Positions 1 to 9,979 of a stretch of DNA of 64,000 bases are shown here, piece after piece. The position numbers and the translations under genes were made by a program. The stretch spans positions 183,796-247,795 of the forward strand of contig JBBIOJ010000001.1 of the NCBI GenBank assembly GCA_037443445.1. Reading direction: 5' to 3'. The stretch is from Desulfarculaceae bacterium (GTDB lineage: Bacteria > Desulfobacterota > Desulfocorpusculales > Desulfocorpusculum). The notes below the pieces were generated by a model that was not told the origin of the DNA, did no database searches, and worked only from the letters and a program-made list of their open reading frames with translations. How positions within the stretch are numbered: position 1 is the first letter of the stretch; each line of letters starts with the position of its first letter.

Positions 1-247
1 TGAGGGGTGCCCAAAGCCGAACCACGGAGTAAAGCCCGTACAAATACAGAAAAACAACGTGGGAAATGATGGTCAGGAAGAAAAAAAGGTTAACCCTCTC
101 CAAAGCCAGATCCAATGAAATCCTCAATGTCTTAAAGGAAAATTTCAAAACGTACCCGCCGTAGATCCCCATGCACAAAAGAAACAGATCCACGGCCAAC
201 AGGATTAAAGCCTTGTGAACAGATCGTTTTATCAAGTAATTCCACAA
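1..247 (-). CDS. Partial (runs off window edge) membrane protein, likely the N-terminal TM region of a polysaccharide-biosynthesis sugar transferase (WcaJ/CpsE-like) or CapD-like protein
   Basis: Not in the ORF track. Manual translation from TTG at 247 is open to base 1: LWNYLIKRSVHKALILLAVDLFLLCMGIYGGYVLKFSF...FLYLYGLYSVVR. The hydrophobic D..Y.L.F...LYGLY pattern is typical of such N-termini. Directly downstream of the GT2, same strand; AT-rich. Confidence 0.5.
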   Translation of the reverse strand, partial: MWNYLIKRSVHKALILLAVDLFLLCMGIYGGYVLKFSFKTLRISLDLALERVNLFFFLTIISHVVFLYLYGLYSVVRLWAPL

Positions 248-268
248 GGTAAGAACCTCACATCTCCC

Positions 269-1441
269 TCAGCGTATGCTGGACGGAGGCTTTCTCACAA
301 GCCCGTTCAAGACTCCAAAAAAACGACTGTAATTCAGCAAGAGAAAGTTGAAGGGCAGGGCAAGGGGCTTGAACTTGACTCCCCACAGGTGGGCCACCCA
401 TCCCAAACATCCCAGCCCGTAGAGAACACCCTGTGCAAGGAGTGTCATCGCATACCAGCTTCCACGGCCGGCCACCAGGAGGTTGCTTATCAACAAGAGC
501 AGGAGCAGAAAGGGGGATAGGTGCCTGAGCAGCTTGTGGGAAAGCACCGAGAAAAAGACCAAGGGCCTTCTCCACAAACCAAACTCCAGCACCCCGCGCA
601 GAATGCTTCTGAAAGCCCTGGAGGTTCTTCGCACGCGCACCTTATGGGTGGGAGCCAAAGAAGCGCAGATGGTATCGTAAGCCTTGGCCCTGGGCTCGTA
701 TTCCACCTTGAAGCCCCTGCCCACCACAGAGAGGGTTTCCCAAAAATCCACATCATCGTGGGCTGTCCTCATGGGCATGTACAGCTCCCGCCTCATGCAA
801 AAGGCCGCCCCTGTCCCAAAAGCCAATATGCCCAGGCGACTCTCCATGGTGCGAAGTCTTTCTTCCAGCTCCCAGTACAGCCCGGCCGACAGGGTGATGG
901 AGGAATCCTCCAGGTTTCGATACTGTATCCTCCCGCTTACCGCCCCCACCCTTGGATCTCGAAACCTGGGGATTATGTGGCAAAGGAACAAAGGATCGAA
1001 TCTGGTTTCAGCATCCGTAAAAACCAGCAAATCGCCCTTGGCCTGCGCCACGGTGTCGTTGTGCACTGCCGAGCGTCCTCTGGGGGCTGGGAAATCAAAA
1101 AGCTTGACCGCAGGCCATTGTTCTTTTGCCTTGAGGACCTCGGCACAGGTTCTGTCCTGGGAGCCGTCGGAACCCACCAAGACCTCCACCCAATCCAGAC
1201 CGCGGGAGAGCTCCCTCAGATTCTCTATCCTTTCACCAATGGATTTCTCCTCGTTGCGTGCGGCTATTATGAAAGACACTTTGGGAGGAGGATAGGCCTC
1301 GGTGGATTGCTCCTCCTGGGGATCCGGCTTGAACCGGCACCAAAGAAAAAGCACCACCCAGTAAAGCCCCCAGGTGTGCGAAACGCAAAGCAAGCTCACC
1401 CAGTAGAAAAAGGTCGTCAAATCAATGAGACTCATGCACAT
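269..1441 (-). CDS. Glycosyltransferase family 2, membrane-bound (PgaC/IcaA/cellulose-synthase-like)
   Basis: N-terminal TM; IIAARNEE, SDGSQD, TDAE (DxD-like), DDVD; C-terminal TM helices. Confidence 0.88.
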   Translation of the reverse strand: MCMSLIDLTTFFYWVSLLCVSHTWGLYWVVLFLWCRFKPDPQEEQSTEAYPPPKVSFIIAARNEEKSIGERIENLRELSRGLDWVEVLVGSDGSQDRTCAEVLKAKEQWPAVKLFDFPAPRGRSAVHNDTVAQAKGDLLVFTDAETRFDPLFLCHIIPRFRDPRVGAVSGRIQYRNLEDSSITLSAGLYWELEERLRTMESRLGILAFGTGAAFCMRRELYMPMRTAHDDVDFWETLSVVGRGFKVEYEPRAKAYDTICASLAPTHKVRVRRTSRAFRSILRGVLEFGLWRRPLVFFSVLSHKLLRHLSPFLLLLLLISNLLVAGRGSWYAMTLLAQGVLYGLGCLGWVAHLWGVKFKPLALPFNFLLLNYSRFFGVLNGLVRKPPSSIR

Positions 1442-1511
1442 CCCTGCGGAAAGAGTGGGCTTGCTTCATGGGAGTTGAAGAGATTACAGTTTTCAACCCC
1501 TTGCTGTTTCC

Positions 1512-2696
1512 TCAGCTTAGGAACCTCACTTTTTTCCTGGAGCCATCCCACCTTATGTCTGGTATGAGCGCGTAGCGACGGGCCTCTATTCTTTGGCGGA
1601 AACGAAGCAGGTCCCCCAGCATGAGCGCCAGCTCCCTTTCCATGTCGTGGGTGGGCTTGTAGCCCAGCTCCAGGAGCTTCTGGTGGTCCGGATTGTAGTA
1701 GTGCTCTTCCAATTCCATCCTGGGGTTTTCGGTGTTCCTTATATGTACCTCCAGGTCCATGGAGCGGGCCACCTTTTGGACTTTCAGGGCTATTTCCGTA
1801 AGATCGTAGACCTCCTCGAACTGGTTGAAGACCCTGTATTCGCCTTTGGCAGGTGGATTTTCCAGGGCCAGGGTCAGGCATTGCATGGAGTCCCTGAGGG
1901 GCAGAAAACCCCTTTTCTGATGACCCTTGCCGTAAGGGGAGAGGGGATGGCCTATGACGGCCTGCGCGCAAAACCTGTTTATGGCAGTGCCGAAGCACTG
2001 ATCAAAATCGAATCGCGTGAACAGGCGATCGTCCTGGCCCATTTCGTCTATGCGCGTTCCGTAAACAACTCCCTGCATTATGTCCGTGGAGCGAAGCCCC
2101 CAAAGCTGGCAGGCCATCATCACATTGTGGCTGTCGTGGACCTTGCTTTGGTGATACCAACTGGAAGCCTGCCTTGGGAAGGGGAGGGTGGCTGTACGGC
2201 CCCTGAACTCTATGGTGAAAAAGCCCTCAGGGATGTCTATTCCCGGAGTTCCGTATTCCCCCATTGTCCCCAACTTCACCAGATGCGCTTCCGGGCACAC
2301 ATCCCTCATGGCGTGAATTATGTGAAGCGTGCCCACTATGTTGTTGGTCTGGGTGAAGACCGCGTGGTTCACGTCCATCATGCTGTACGGGGCAGAAGGC
2401 ATCTCGGCCAGGTGGACCACCGCCTCTGGCTCGAAGGTCCTAAAAACATTCCAGACGAAGTTATAGTCCCTCAGGTCCCCCCTCCTGAAATTCAGGTTGC
2501 TCCCGAAGCGGTCCCTGAAGGCCTCCAGCCGCTCGGTCATTCTCCTTATGGGAGTGGCCGACTGGGAGCCCACCTCCGCAACCCAATCCCTTCTCATGTA
2601 GTTGTCCAGGCCGTACACCTCGTGGCCGCGGGCAGCGAGGTACATGGCAAGGGACCAACCCAAGTAACCATCCACGCCGGCTATGAGAACTCTCAT
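1512..2696 (-). CDS. sqdB: UDP-sulfoquinovose synthase (SqdB/SQD1/Agl3 family, extended SDR)
   Basis: MRVLIAGVDGYLGW Rossmann motif; family-typical KLGTMGEYGTP, YHQSKVHDSHN (YxxxK), DIMQGVVYG, FDFDQCFGTAINRFC, EEHYYNPDH. Start reset to ATG 2696 with an AAGGGGG RBS. Confidence 0.9.
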   Translation of the reverse strand: MRVLIAGVDGYLGWSLAMYLAARGHEVYGLDNYMRRDWVAEVGSQSATPIRRMTERLEAFRDRFGSNLNFRRGDLRDYNFVWNVFRTFEPEAVVHLAEMPSAPYSMMDVNHAVFTQTNNIVGTLHIIHAMRDVCPEAHLVKLGTMGEYGTPGIDIPEGFFTIEFRGRTATLPFPRQASSWYHQSKVHDSHNVMMACQLWGLRSTDIMQGVVYGTRIDEMGQDDRLFTRFDFDQCFGTAINRFCAQAVIGHPLSPYGKGHQKRGFLPLRDSMQCLTLALENPPAKGEYRVFNQFEEVYDLTEIALKVQKVARSMDLEVHIRNTENPRMELEEHYYNPDHQKLLELGYKPTHDMERELALMLGDLLRFRQRIEARRYALIPDIRWDGSRKKVRFLS

Positions 2697-2778
2697 AAAC
2701 CCCCCTTGACTAACAACACTTTCCTTTGGTCCTTTGGGAGGAGGCCCTCTCCCACAGAGCTGGCCTTCAAAGTTTTTT

Positions 2779-2807
2779 ACTCTAGTTGGATCCAGTGCCC
2801 GTGTCAA
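2779..2807 (-). promoter_or_regulatory. sigma70 promoter for sqdB-GT2 operon
   Basis: TTGACA-17 bp-TAGAGT on the minus strand, about 80 bp upstream of the sqdB start. Confidence 0.6.
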
Positions 2808-2829
2808 TGTCCAGGCAAGCCTTGAGGTC

Positions 2830-2858
2830 TCGCACCCAGGACAGGACAGAGGTATAAT
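2830..2858 (+). promoter_or_regulatory. sigma70 promoter for tkt
   Basis: TCGCAC-17 bp-TATAAT. Confidence 0.45.
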
Positions 2859-2926
2859 GCCCGGAACTTGACTCGTTCCCGGAGCTTTCCCGGGCCGAGG
2901 GCTCATCTGGGTTGAGGAGGTCTTAG

Positions 2927-4939
2927 GTGACGAAAAACTCAAACAAGAATGGATCCTTGGAGGAGCGCTGCATCAACACCATCCGCTTTCTGGCTGTGGA
3001 TGCAGTGGAAAAGGCCAACTCCGGGCACCCCGGGATGCCCATGGAGGCTGCAGCCTTGGCCTATGTGCTCTGGAGCAGAATACTGCGTTTCAGCCCCAGC
3101 AACCCCCATTGGCCCAACCGGGACAGGTTTGTCCTCTCGGCGGGCCACGGCTCGATGCTTCTTTATGCTGTCTTGTTTCTGACAGGCTACGAGCTTCCCC
3201 TGGAGGAGATCAAGAACTTCCGCCAATGGGGAAGCCGCACTCCAGGTCACCCTGAATACGGCTGCGCCCCAGGGGTGGAGACCACCACTGGGCCCCTGGG
3301 CCAGGGCTTTGCCACAGGGGTGGGCATGGCCATGGCCCAGCGTTACCTGTCCAAGCTTTTCAACAGGGATGGCTACCCTGTGCTGGACTACAGGATCTAC
3401 GGCTTTGTGAGCGACGGGGACATGATGGAGGGCATATCCTCTGAAGCCGCCTCCCTGGCGGGGCACCTGGGACTTGGCAGTCTCATTTACGTGTATCTGG
3501 ACAACGGGATCTCCATAGACGGACCTACCAGCCTCACCATGAGCGAGGACGTGGGGGCCCGATTCAGGGCTTACGGCTGGCAGGTGGTGGAGGTGGATGG
3601 ATATGACTTGGAGGCTTTGGAATCCTCCTTCAGGCTTTCCCAGAAAGAGGATAGGCGCCCCAGTCTGATCATAGCCAAGACTCGTATAGGGTATGGGAGC
3701 CCCAACAAGGAGAACACCTCAGAGGCCCATGGGGCCCCCCTTGGGGAAAAAGAGGTGGCCCTCACCAAACAGAACTTGGGCTGGCCGGAAAATCCTCCTT
3801 TCCTGGTTCCGGAGGAAGTGCTGCGGCACTTCAGGGCTGCCGGAAGGCGGGGGGATGAGCTGGAGAGAAGCTGGGGGGAGCTTTGGAATAGTTATTCCAG
3901 GAAGTATCCGGAACTAGTCTCCTTGTGGGAAAGCATGGCCCAGAGAAAACCTGCCGATGGTTGCAAGGAAGCCCTCCCGGTCTTTCAGCCCGGCCAGCAA
4001 GTGGCCACCAGGGTGGCCTCTGGGAAGACCCTCAACGTCTTGGCCAAGTACTTGCCTGGGCTCATGGGAGGATCTGCGGACCTGACCCCTTCCAACAACA
4101 CCTACATAGCCCAAAGGGGGGATTTCCAGGATGAGTGCGGCCCCAACATACACTTCGGAGTCCGCGAGCACGCCATGGGGGCCATTCTCAACGGCTTGGC
4201 CCTGAGCGGCTGCCTTATCCCTTATGGGGGGACCTTCCTGGTCTTTTCAGACTACATGAGGCCTGCGCTTCGCCTTGCGGCCATGATGGGGCTTGGGGTG
4301 ATCTACATCTTCACCCACGACTCCATAGGCCTGGGAGAAGACGGTCCCACCCACCAGCCCGTGGAGCACATAATGAGCCTGAGGGCCATCCCCAACCTTT
4401 GTGTGATCAGGCCTTCGGACGCAAACGAGACAGTGGAGGCCTGGCTAGTGGGGATAGAGAGGAAACATGGGCCCACGGCTTTGGTTTTGAGCCGCCAGGC
4501 TCTCCCGGTCATTGACAGAACCAAATACTCTTCTGCAAGCGGCCTTAAAAAAGGGGCGTACATTTTGGCCGAGGCCAGCAGCCCAGCCCCGGAGTTGATC
4601 CTCACGGGTAGCGGCTCCGAGGTGCATCTTCTGTTAAATGCCAGGGAAGAGCTGGAGAGGGAAGGGCGCGGGGTCAGGGTGGTGGCATTCCCCTGCTGGG
4701 AGCTTTTCGAGGCCCAAAGCGAGGGCTACAAGCAGGAGGTCTTTCCCGAGGGGGTTCCTGTGCTGGCCGTGGAGGCAGGGGTTAGCCTGGGCTGGGAGAG
4801 GTACACGGGTTCACGCTCCAGGATCATAGGGATGGACCGCTTTGGGGCCTCGGCCCCGGCCAAGGTGCTCTTTGCTCAGTTCGGCTTTACCCCGGAAAGG
4901 GTGCTCAAGAAGGCCAAGGAGATTTTGACCGGAGCCTGA
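2927..4939 (+). CDS. tkt: Transketolase
   Basis: [39 protein letters not shown]-like ThDP motif (SDGDMMEG...DN), [25 protein letters not shown]. Confidence 0.97.
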   Translation: MTKNSNKNGSLEERCINTIRFLAVDAVEKANSGHPGMPMEAAALAYVLWSRILRFSPSNPHWPNRDRFVLSAGHGSMLLYAVLFLTGYELPLEEIKNFRQWGSRTPGHPEYGCAPGVETTTGPLGQGFATGVGMAMAQRYLSKLFNRDGYPVLDYRIYGFVSDGDMMEGISSEAASLAGHLGLGSLIYVYLDNGISIDGPTSLTMSEDVGARFRAYGWQVVEVDGYDLEALESSFRLSQKEDRRPSLIIAKTRIGYGSPNKENTSEAHGAPLGEKEVALTKQNLGWPENPPFLVPEEVLRHFRAAGRRGDELERSWGELWNSYSRKYPELVSLWESMAQRKPADGCKEALPVFQPGQQVATRVASGKTLNVLAKYLPGLMGGSADLTPSNNTYIAQRGDFQDECGPNIHFGVREHAMGAILNGLALSGCLIPYGGTFLVFSDYMRPALRLAAMMGLGVIYIFTHDSIGLGEDGPTHQPVEHIMSLRAIPNLCVIRPSDANETVEAWLVGIERKHGPTALVLSRQALPVIDRTKYSSASGLKKGAYILAEASSPAPELILTGSGSEVHLLLNAREELEREGRGVRVVAFPCWELFEAQSEGYKQEVFPEGVPVLAVEAGVSLGWERYTGSRSRIIGMDRFGASAPAKVLFAQFGFTPERVLKKAKEILTGA

Positions 4940-4964
4940 AGGCTGGGGCCCCTCTACAATATGC

Positions 4965-5357
4965 TCAGGAGCGCTCCACGAACTCCACAACGTTCCCATC
5001 CGGATCCATGACCATGGCGATCTTGACCCCTGGTCGAATCTCCTTGGGAGGTATGTGAAAGACCACCCCTTTCCCCTGCAGCTTTTCACAAATTTCTGAG
5101 AGATTCCGAACCAGGAAAGTCACGTACCTGAAGCCCAGCTGGGTTTCCAGCCCGGCCGGTCCCCTGGGTGGAACACTCTTGGGCTGGATGAGCTTGAAGT
5201 CGCTGGTCCCGAACCTGAGCCTGTACATGGTTCCGAACCAGACAGGTATCTCCTCAACGAAGCTGAGCCCCAGGGTGTCCCTGTAGAAAGAGAGGCTGGC
5301 CTCAATGTTGCTCACCACCACTCCCAGGTCTATGGAATCTTTTGCCGGGATCATCAT
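4965..5357 (-). CDS. VOC/glyoxalase-family protein
   Basis: DLGVVVSNIEASLSFYRDTLGL...MDPDGNVVEFVE pattern; AGGAGG RBS before ATG 5357. Confidence 0.85.
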   Translation of the reverse strand: MMIPAKDSIDLGVVVSNIEASLSFYRDTLGLSFVEEIPVWFGTMYRLRFGTSDFKLIQPKSVPPRGPAGLETQLGFRYVTFLVRNLSEICEKLQGKGVVFHIPPKEIRPGVKIAMVMDPDGNVVEFVERS

Positions 5358-5421
5358 CTCTTTGCACCTCCTTGCAAGTGATGTTTTTTTGGCCTGAGGC
5401 TTCCCTTGCAACACTGACTGC

Positions 5422-6642
5422 TCAAGCCCGAGCCTCTTGGGTCTCCCTGTATGGATAGGGGACGGCCAAGGCGAGAACCAGGCCCAGGACGGGCAGGGCG
5501 GAGGTGATCTGCAACACCCTCAGCACCCCCCAGACATCCGCCACCGAGCCCAGCACCGTGGCTGCTATTCCCCCTGTCCCTATGGCAAAGCCCACCATGA
5601 GCCCTGAGGCCATCCCCAACCTGTCCGGCAGCACATGTTGAGCCATGACTATGGTCACGGAAAAACTGGATACCAAAACAGCCCCTGCCAGCCCCAGCAA
5701 GGCAAAGGCCGCAATACCTTCCGCAGCCAGAAATGCCCAGAGCAAGGGCAGCAGGACCGCCATGCTCCCCACGAAGAACTTCTTGTGACCCAACCTGTCT
5801 GCTATAGGGGCCCCGATCAAGGTGCCGGCCGCCCCGGACATCAAGAACACAGTCACCATCTTGGCTGCAGTGCCTGCCCCGGCCTTGAGCACATCCACGA
5901 AATAGAAAGGCACGAAGGCCACTATGCCCATGTGGATTAGGGAGCGCACAGTGACCGCCAGTATCAGAATAAGCAGGGGGATCCACCTTTTCCCCAGGGG
6001 CTTGGGCCCTTGTCTCGAATCCTTTGTAACCTGTGCCATGGCAGCCTTCTGGGGAGCTGAAAGCCAACCCATGGAAACAAGTATCATGGTGCCCACCAGG
6101 AGACCCGGAGCCAGAAATACCACGGTGCCTTTAAGCTGCAGCCACCCGTAGCCCGCCACAGCCAGAAGGGGGCCAAGGGCTATGCCCACATTGCCTCCCA
6201 CCGCGAAGATGGAAATGCCTGTGGCTCGTTTCTCCCCGGTGAAGAAACGGGCTGCCTTGAAGCCCTCGGGGTGGAAACTGGCCACTCCGAGACCGCTTAG
6301 AAAAACAACCAAGAGCAAAGCCCAAAACCCTGGGACGTAACCCAAGGCGGAGAAGCCCAAAGTGGCTGTGAAAATCCCAACCGGGAGAAGCCAGCTGCTC
6401 CCCCAGCGATCCGAAAAATAACCAAAGAGCGGCTGCACTATGGATGAGGTCAGATTGCTTGTCATTAAGACGGCTCCGGCTGCCGCGTAAGTAAGCCCGA
6501 AGGATTCCCTGATAAAAGGCAGGAGAACAGGAAGACCCCCCTGGCTGAGATCTGTCACCAGATGCCCCAGGCCCAGGAGCAATAGGGCCTTTAGCTGGAA
6601 GCCGGGAAGTTGTTGGATGGAGTCATTCGTGGGGTTGCTCAA
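5422..6642 (-). CDS. MFS transporter, fosmidomycin-resistance (Fsr)-like
   Basis: About 12 TMs; GHLVTD, QPLFGYFSDRWG, ASFHPEG, GGNVGIALGP, GAPIADRLG. Confidence 0.88.
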   Translation of the reverse strand: MSNPTNDSIQQLPGFQLKALLLLGLGHLVTDLSQGGLPVLLPFIRESFGLTYAAAGAVLMTSNLTSSIVQPLFGYFSDRWGSSWLLPVGIFTATLGFSALGYVPGFWALLLVVFLSGLGVASFHPEGFKAARFFTGEKRATGISIFAVGGNVGIALGPLLAVAGYGWLQLKGTVVFLAPGLLVGTMILVSMGWLSAPQKAAMAQVTKDSRQGPKPLGKRWIPLLILILAVTVRSLIHMGIVAFVPFYFVDVLKAGAGTAAKMVTVFLMSGAAGTLIGAPIADRLGHKKFFVGSMAVLLPLLWAFLAAEGIAAFALLGLAGAVLVSSFSVTIVMAQHVLPDRLGMASGLMVGFAIGTGGIAATVLGSVADVWGVLRVLQITSALPVLGLVLALAVPYPYRETQEARA

Positions 6643-6855
6643 GCTCAGGACCTCCCTGGATTGGTGATGATCTCTTTCCCCGGGTTGCAGGTGGAGCAGA
6701 AGATTCGATTCTAAGAGAAAAAAAAGCTTCTGAACAGGGTGCCGATTCCGGGGATTTCTGGGATCTGGAGTTTAGTTAACATAAGATATATTATCAGACG
6801 TTATCAATTGGCCCCTTGCGCCCGAACCCCTTCACCACCTTCCAAAGCCCGCCAG

Positions 6856-6884
6856 TTGACAAGCAACAAGGCTTGGGCTATGGT
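6856..6884 (+). promoter_or_regulatory. sigma70 promoter for fabH
   Basis: TTGACA-17 bp-TATGGT. Confidence 0.65.
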
Positions 6885-6920
6885 CTCTTTCCGATCATTC
6901 AGGCAAGACGGGAGGATTCA

Positions 6921-7919
6921 GTGACCAACAGGAAAATCAGGATAGCCGGGACCGGATCATACCTTCCAGAGGGAGTTCTTTCCAACCACGACTTGGAGAA
7001 GATGGTAGATACCACGGATGAGTGGATTTATACCAGGACCGGAATAAGAGAACGCAGGATAGCAAGGGCGGACGAGAACACTTCGGATTTGGCCCTCAGG
7101 GCTAGCCTTCCTGCCCTGGAGATGGCCGGCCTTTCGGCCGAGGAGCTGGAGCTCATAGTCATGGCCACCATAACCCCGGACACCCAGTGTCCGGCAGGGG
7201 CCAACTGGCTCCAGGCCAAGTTGAACGCCCCCAAGGCCGTCACCTTTGACATAGCAGCGGCCTGCTCGGGCTTCATCTTCGCCCTGTCCGTGGCCGAACA
7301 GTACGTGAAAAACGGGACCTTCAGGAACGCCCTGGTCATAGGCGCCGAGATAATGAGCCGCACAGTGGACTACACGGACCGCTCCAGCTGCATTCTCTGG
7401 GGTGACGGGGCCGGGGCCTCTGTGGTGGTGCCCACTTTGGACGGAGAGGAGGCAGGGCTTCTTTCCCTTTCCCTTCACACGGACGGAGCAGCGGGAGAGA
7501 ACCTGCTCCTTCCGGGAGGCGGCTCCAGGACAACCCCCATAAGCCACGAGAGCGTGGAGAAAAACATGCACACCCTGCGCATGATAGAGGCCAACAGGTC
7601 CTTCAAGGTGGCAGTGAATTGCTTTGCAGAGGCCTGTCTTGAGGCTGTGGAGATGGCAGGCTGCACCATCCACGACGTGGACCACATAGTGCCTCACCAG
7701 GCCAATGCCAGGATTATCCAAGCCATGGCAAAAAAGCTGGACGTGTCCATGGACAAGGTGGTCATGACCATAGAAAAGTACGGAAACAGCTCTTCGGCCA
7801 CGGTTCCCATAGCCCTGGATGATGCTGTGCGCTCAGGCAGAATAAAGAAAGGAGACCTGGTTCTCCTGACTGCCTTCGGCGGCGGACTCACCTGGGGAGG
7901 CGCCCTCATACGCTGGTAA
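6921..7919 (+). CDS. fabH: 3-oxoacyl-ACP synthase III
   Basis: GTGSYLP, TGIRERR, catalytic AACSG / PHQAN / YGNSSSAT, FGGGLTWG; GTG start after a GGAGGA RBS. Confidence 0.95.
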   Translation: MTNRKIRIAGTGSYLPEGVLSNHDLEKMVDTTDEWIYTRTGIRERRIARADENTSDLALRASLPALEMAGLSAEELELIVMATITPDTQCPAGANWLQAKLNAPKAVTFDIAAACSGFIFALSVAEQYVKNGTFRNALVIGAEIMSRTVDYTDRSSCILWGDGAGASVVVPTLDGEEAGLLSLSLHTDGAAGENLLLPGGGSRTTPISHESVEKNMHTLRMIEANRSFKVAVNCFAEACLEAVEMAGCTIHDVDHIVPHQANARIIQAMAKKLDVSMDKVVMTIEKYGNSSSATVPIALDDAVRSGRIKKGDLVLLTAFGGGLTWGGALIRW

Positions 7920-8817
7920 GCCTGCAGAAATTGCAGGGATCTCCGAAGGAGGCTGCCCCGCAAAGGGAGCATCGGCTGAGTTCTCCCTCTGGGGGGGGCT
8001 GTGGGCCTTGTTTTCCTTTCCAAACCTCAAGGAGCTTGGCGGCCTCTTTGAGAAAACCCTGGTAGAAACTGGCCTTGGTGCCTGGCATCCGGTCCTCCAG
8101 AAGATTGAGCACCTCCTTGTACCGCAGGGAGGTGGCCCCTCGGCTCATGGGGCACTCCTGGATCACGTAGTCTATGTTGCGCAAGATGGCGTACGCAGCT
8201 GTCTCACGTTCCGTGAGCCTGCAAAGGGGCTGCACCTTCCGGGCCAATAGTTCCCCCACGGCTTCCAGAACCGGCCTTTGCTTAAGGAGGTATTCCCACT
8301 GCCAGTGAAGCAGATTTCCCAGGAGCCTTCCTGCCTCGTCGTCCAGGTTGTGACCTGTGGCCACAACCCTGTAACCCCCTTCCACCGCCAGCTTGTTGAA
8401 AAAGTGCCTTTTTACTATGCCGCAGACAGAGCATTCGGGCCTGCGGCTCCTGCGGGCCAGCAAGGGTATGGGGATCTGCAGCTCCTCAAGGGAAACGCAC
8501 CTCAGGGTCAGGCCCCTTTGCTTTGCGAACCCCTCCACCTTCTGGCGCGAGTGTCTTGAATAATCCTCTATGCCCAAATCCACGTGCAGCCCGTGGGCCT
8601 CGTACCCCAGGTTGCAGAGCAGATCCCACAAGGCCAGGGAGTCCTTTCCCCCTGAGACGCAAACAAGCACCCTCTCGCCCTGCTCCATCATCCTGTGCTC
8701 CTGGATGGCACGGCGCACCTGCCTCCTTACGAACTCGAAGAAACACTCCTTGCAGAATGCGGTGTGATGGTGTTTCAAGTCCACGAGCGCTTTTTGCTGG
8801 CAACGTCTGCACTTCAT
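7906..8817 (-). CDS. ttuA: tRNA 2-thiolation PP-loop ATPase, TtuA/Ncs6-like
   Basis: N-terminal CxxC...CxxC Zn finger, SGGKDS PP-loop, CSVC and ECP (Fe-S ligands), TGHNLDDE, C-terminal CSLC..CNFC finger. The 3' end overlaps the convergent fabH by 14 nt. Confidence 0.85.
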   Translation of the reverse strand: MKCRRCQQKALVDLKHHHTAFCKECFFEFVRRQVRRAIQEHRMMEQGERVLVCVSGGKDSLALWDLLCNLGYEAHGLHVDLGIEDYSRHSRQKVEGFAKQRGLTLRCVSLEELQIPIPLLARRSRRPECSVCGIVKRHFFNKLAVEGGYRVVATGHNLDDEAGRLLGNLLHWQWEYLLKQRPVLEAVGELLARKVQPLCRLTERETAAYAILRNIDYVIQECPMSRGATSLRYKEVLNLLEDRMPGTKASFYQGFLKEAAKLLEVWKGKQGPQPPPEGELSRCSLCGAASFGDPCNFCRLTSV

Positions 8818-8822
8818 CGGTT

Positions 8823-9020
8823 TCAGCCTCCGGAGATAACCGGAATTATCTCCACCTGATCCCCGTCATCTATTCGGATGTCCCTTGTGAGAAGTTCACC
8901 GCTTCGCATCACCAGCACCGAGCCCTCCACCATGGACATCTCCCGAAGTAGCTCATGAACCGTCTTGGGCCCGTCCATCTCTTTCTCCAGGCCTGTCTGT
9001 CTGTTCAGCACACGAATCAT
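8823..9020 (-). CDS. ttuB: ThiS/MoaD-family sulfur carrier (TtuB-like)
   Basis: 65 aa ubiquitin-like protein ending IIPVISGG; immediately upstream of ttuA; ATGA overlap with the upstream gene. Confidence 0.85.
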   Translation of the reverse strand: MIRVLNRQTGLEKEMDGPKTVHELLREMSMVEGSVLVMRSGELLTRDIRIDDGDQVEIIPVISGG

Positions 9021-9979
9021 CCTCCAGACTCCAATTTCTTGTTTTTGATCGCTCTTGAAGTATATCGTTGCAAGAAAGGCACGCCCATGAGGGTGTCTGC
9101 CCAGTAGCGCATTGTGCAAAGAATCCCTATTCCGGCCATGGTGGCCCCGTCAACATAGGGGGCGAAAAGAACTATCAAGGCCGTGTCCCTGGTGCCCATG
9201 CCAGCCATGCTGACAGGCAACAAACCCACCAGCAAGGAAAGGGGCACATAGGCCAGAACCGGGCCCGGCTCAATGGATTGCCCCAGGCTGGGGAAAAACA
9301 GGTAAATCTGGAGCAGGTGAAGGCCCCAGAGGAGCAAAGAAAGGCCCGCTATACCCGCCAGAAGAACTTTCTTGGCACGCCACCTGGCCAAGATCCAGTC
9401 CCAGCCCAGAAGCATCTCCCCGAGGCGGACCCTGATACCCCTGCCCTCTCCCGCCAGCAAACCCGCCCACCTCCCCATGGGAAGAAGAAACATCAAGGTG
9501 GTGGCCCCCATCACTCCCAGTGAAATGATCCAGGCCGCTGTGAGGGCCTGTGAACCCCGAGGCGCCAAAGCGGCCCCAAGGAGCATCCATGCGCACAGGC
9601 CGGCCAGATCCAGGACCTTTTCCATAAGGACCGCCGGCACTCCTTTGGCCACGGCTTGGGAAGAGCGCTCCCTCAAGAAATAGGCCTTGCTCATCTCCCC
9701 AAGCTTGGAGGGCAACAGAGCGTTGAGGGCCTTCCCGGCCATGACCATCCCCAAGGACTCCACCCAGTTCATGTTGGCCCAGCCTTCCCCCATCAACCAC
9801 CAGCGGGTCGCACTCACCAGGACCTGGGGCAGGAAACAGACCAAAGCTGCTATGAGCCAAGCAGGCTCAGCCCTCCAAAGCCTCCCGGCCATGGCATGCA
9901 GGTCTACGTGGGCGTAAATGACCCCCAGGATCACCACGGAGCAGGCCAGCCCCCCCCAACGTAAGGCCAGCCTTTTCAT
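9017..9979 (-). CDS. Lysylphosphatidylglycerol-synthase TM-domain / flippase-like membrane protein (UPF0104, AglD2-like)
   Basis: RWWLM, NALLPSKLGE, EKVLD, LLPVSMAGMGTRD motifs; multiple TMs; start reset to ATG 9979. Confidence 0.8.
   Translation of the reverse strand: MKRLALRWGGLACSVVILGVIYAHVDLHAMAGRLWRAEPAWLIAALVCFLPQVLVSATRWWLMGEGWANMNWVESLGMVMAGKALNALLPSKLGEMSKAYFLRERSSQAVAKGVPAVLMEKVLDLAGLCAWMLLGAALAPRGSQALTAAWIISLGVMGATTLMFLLPMGRWAGLLAGEGRGIRVRLGEMLLGWDWILARWRAKKVLLAGIAGLSLLLWGLHLLQIYLFFPSLGQSIEPGPVLAYVPLSLLVGLLPVSMAGMGTRDTALIVLFAPYVDGATMAGIGILCTMRYWADTLMGVPFLQRYTSRAIKNKKLESGG

Noticed and set aside
2927-4939. Transketolase next to sqdB as a sulfoglycolytic (sulfo-TK) enzyme
   Set aside because: It is a full-length canonical Tkt, divergently transcribed. 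No SQ isomerase, sulfoquinovosidase or sulfoacetaldehyde reductase is nearby, and sqdB is biosynthetic.
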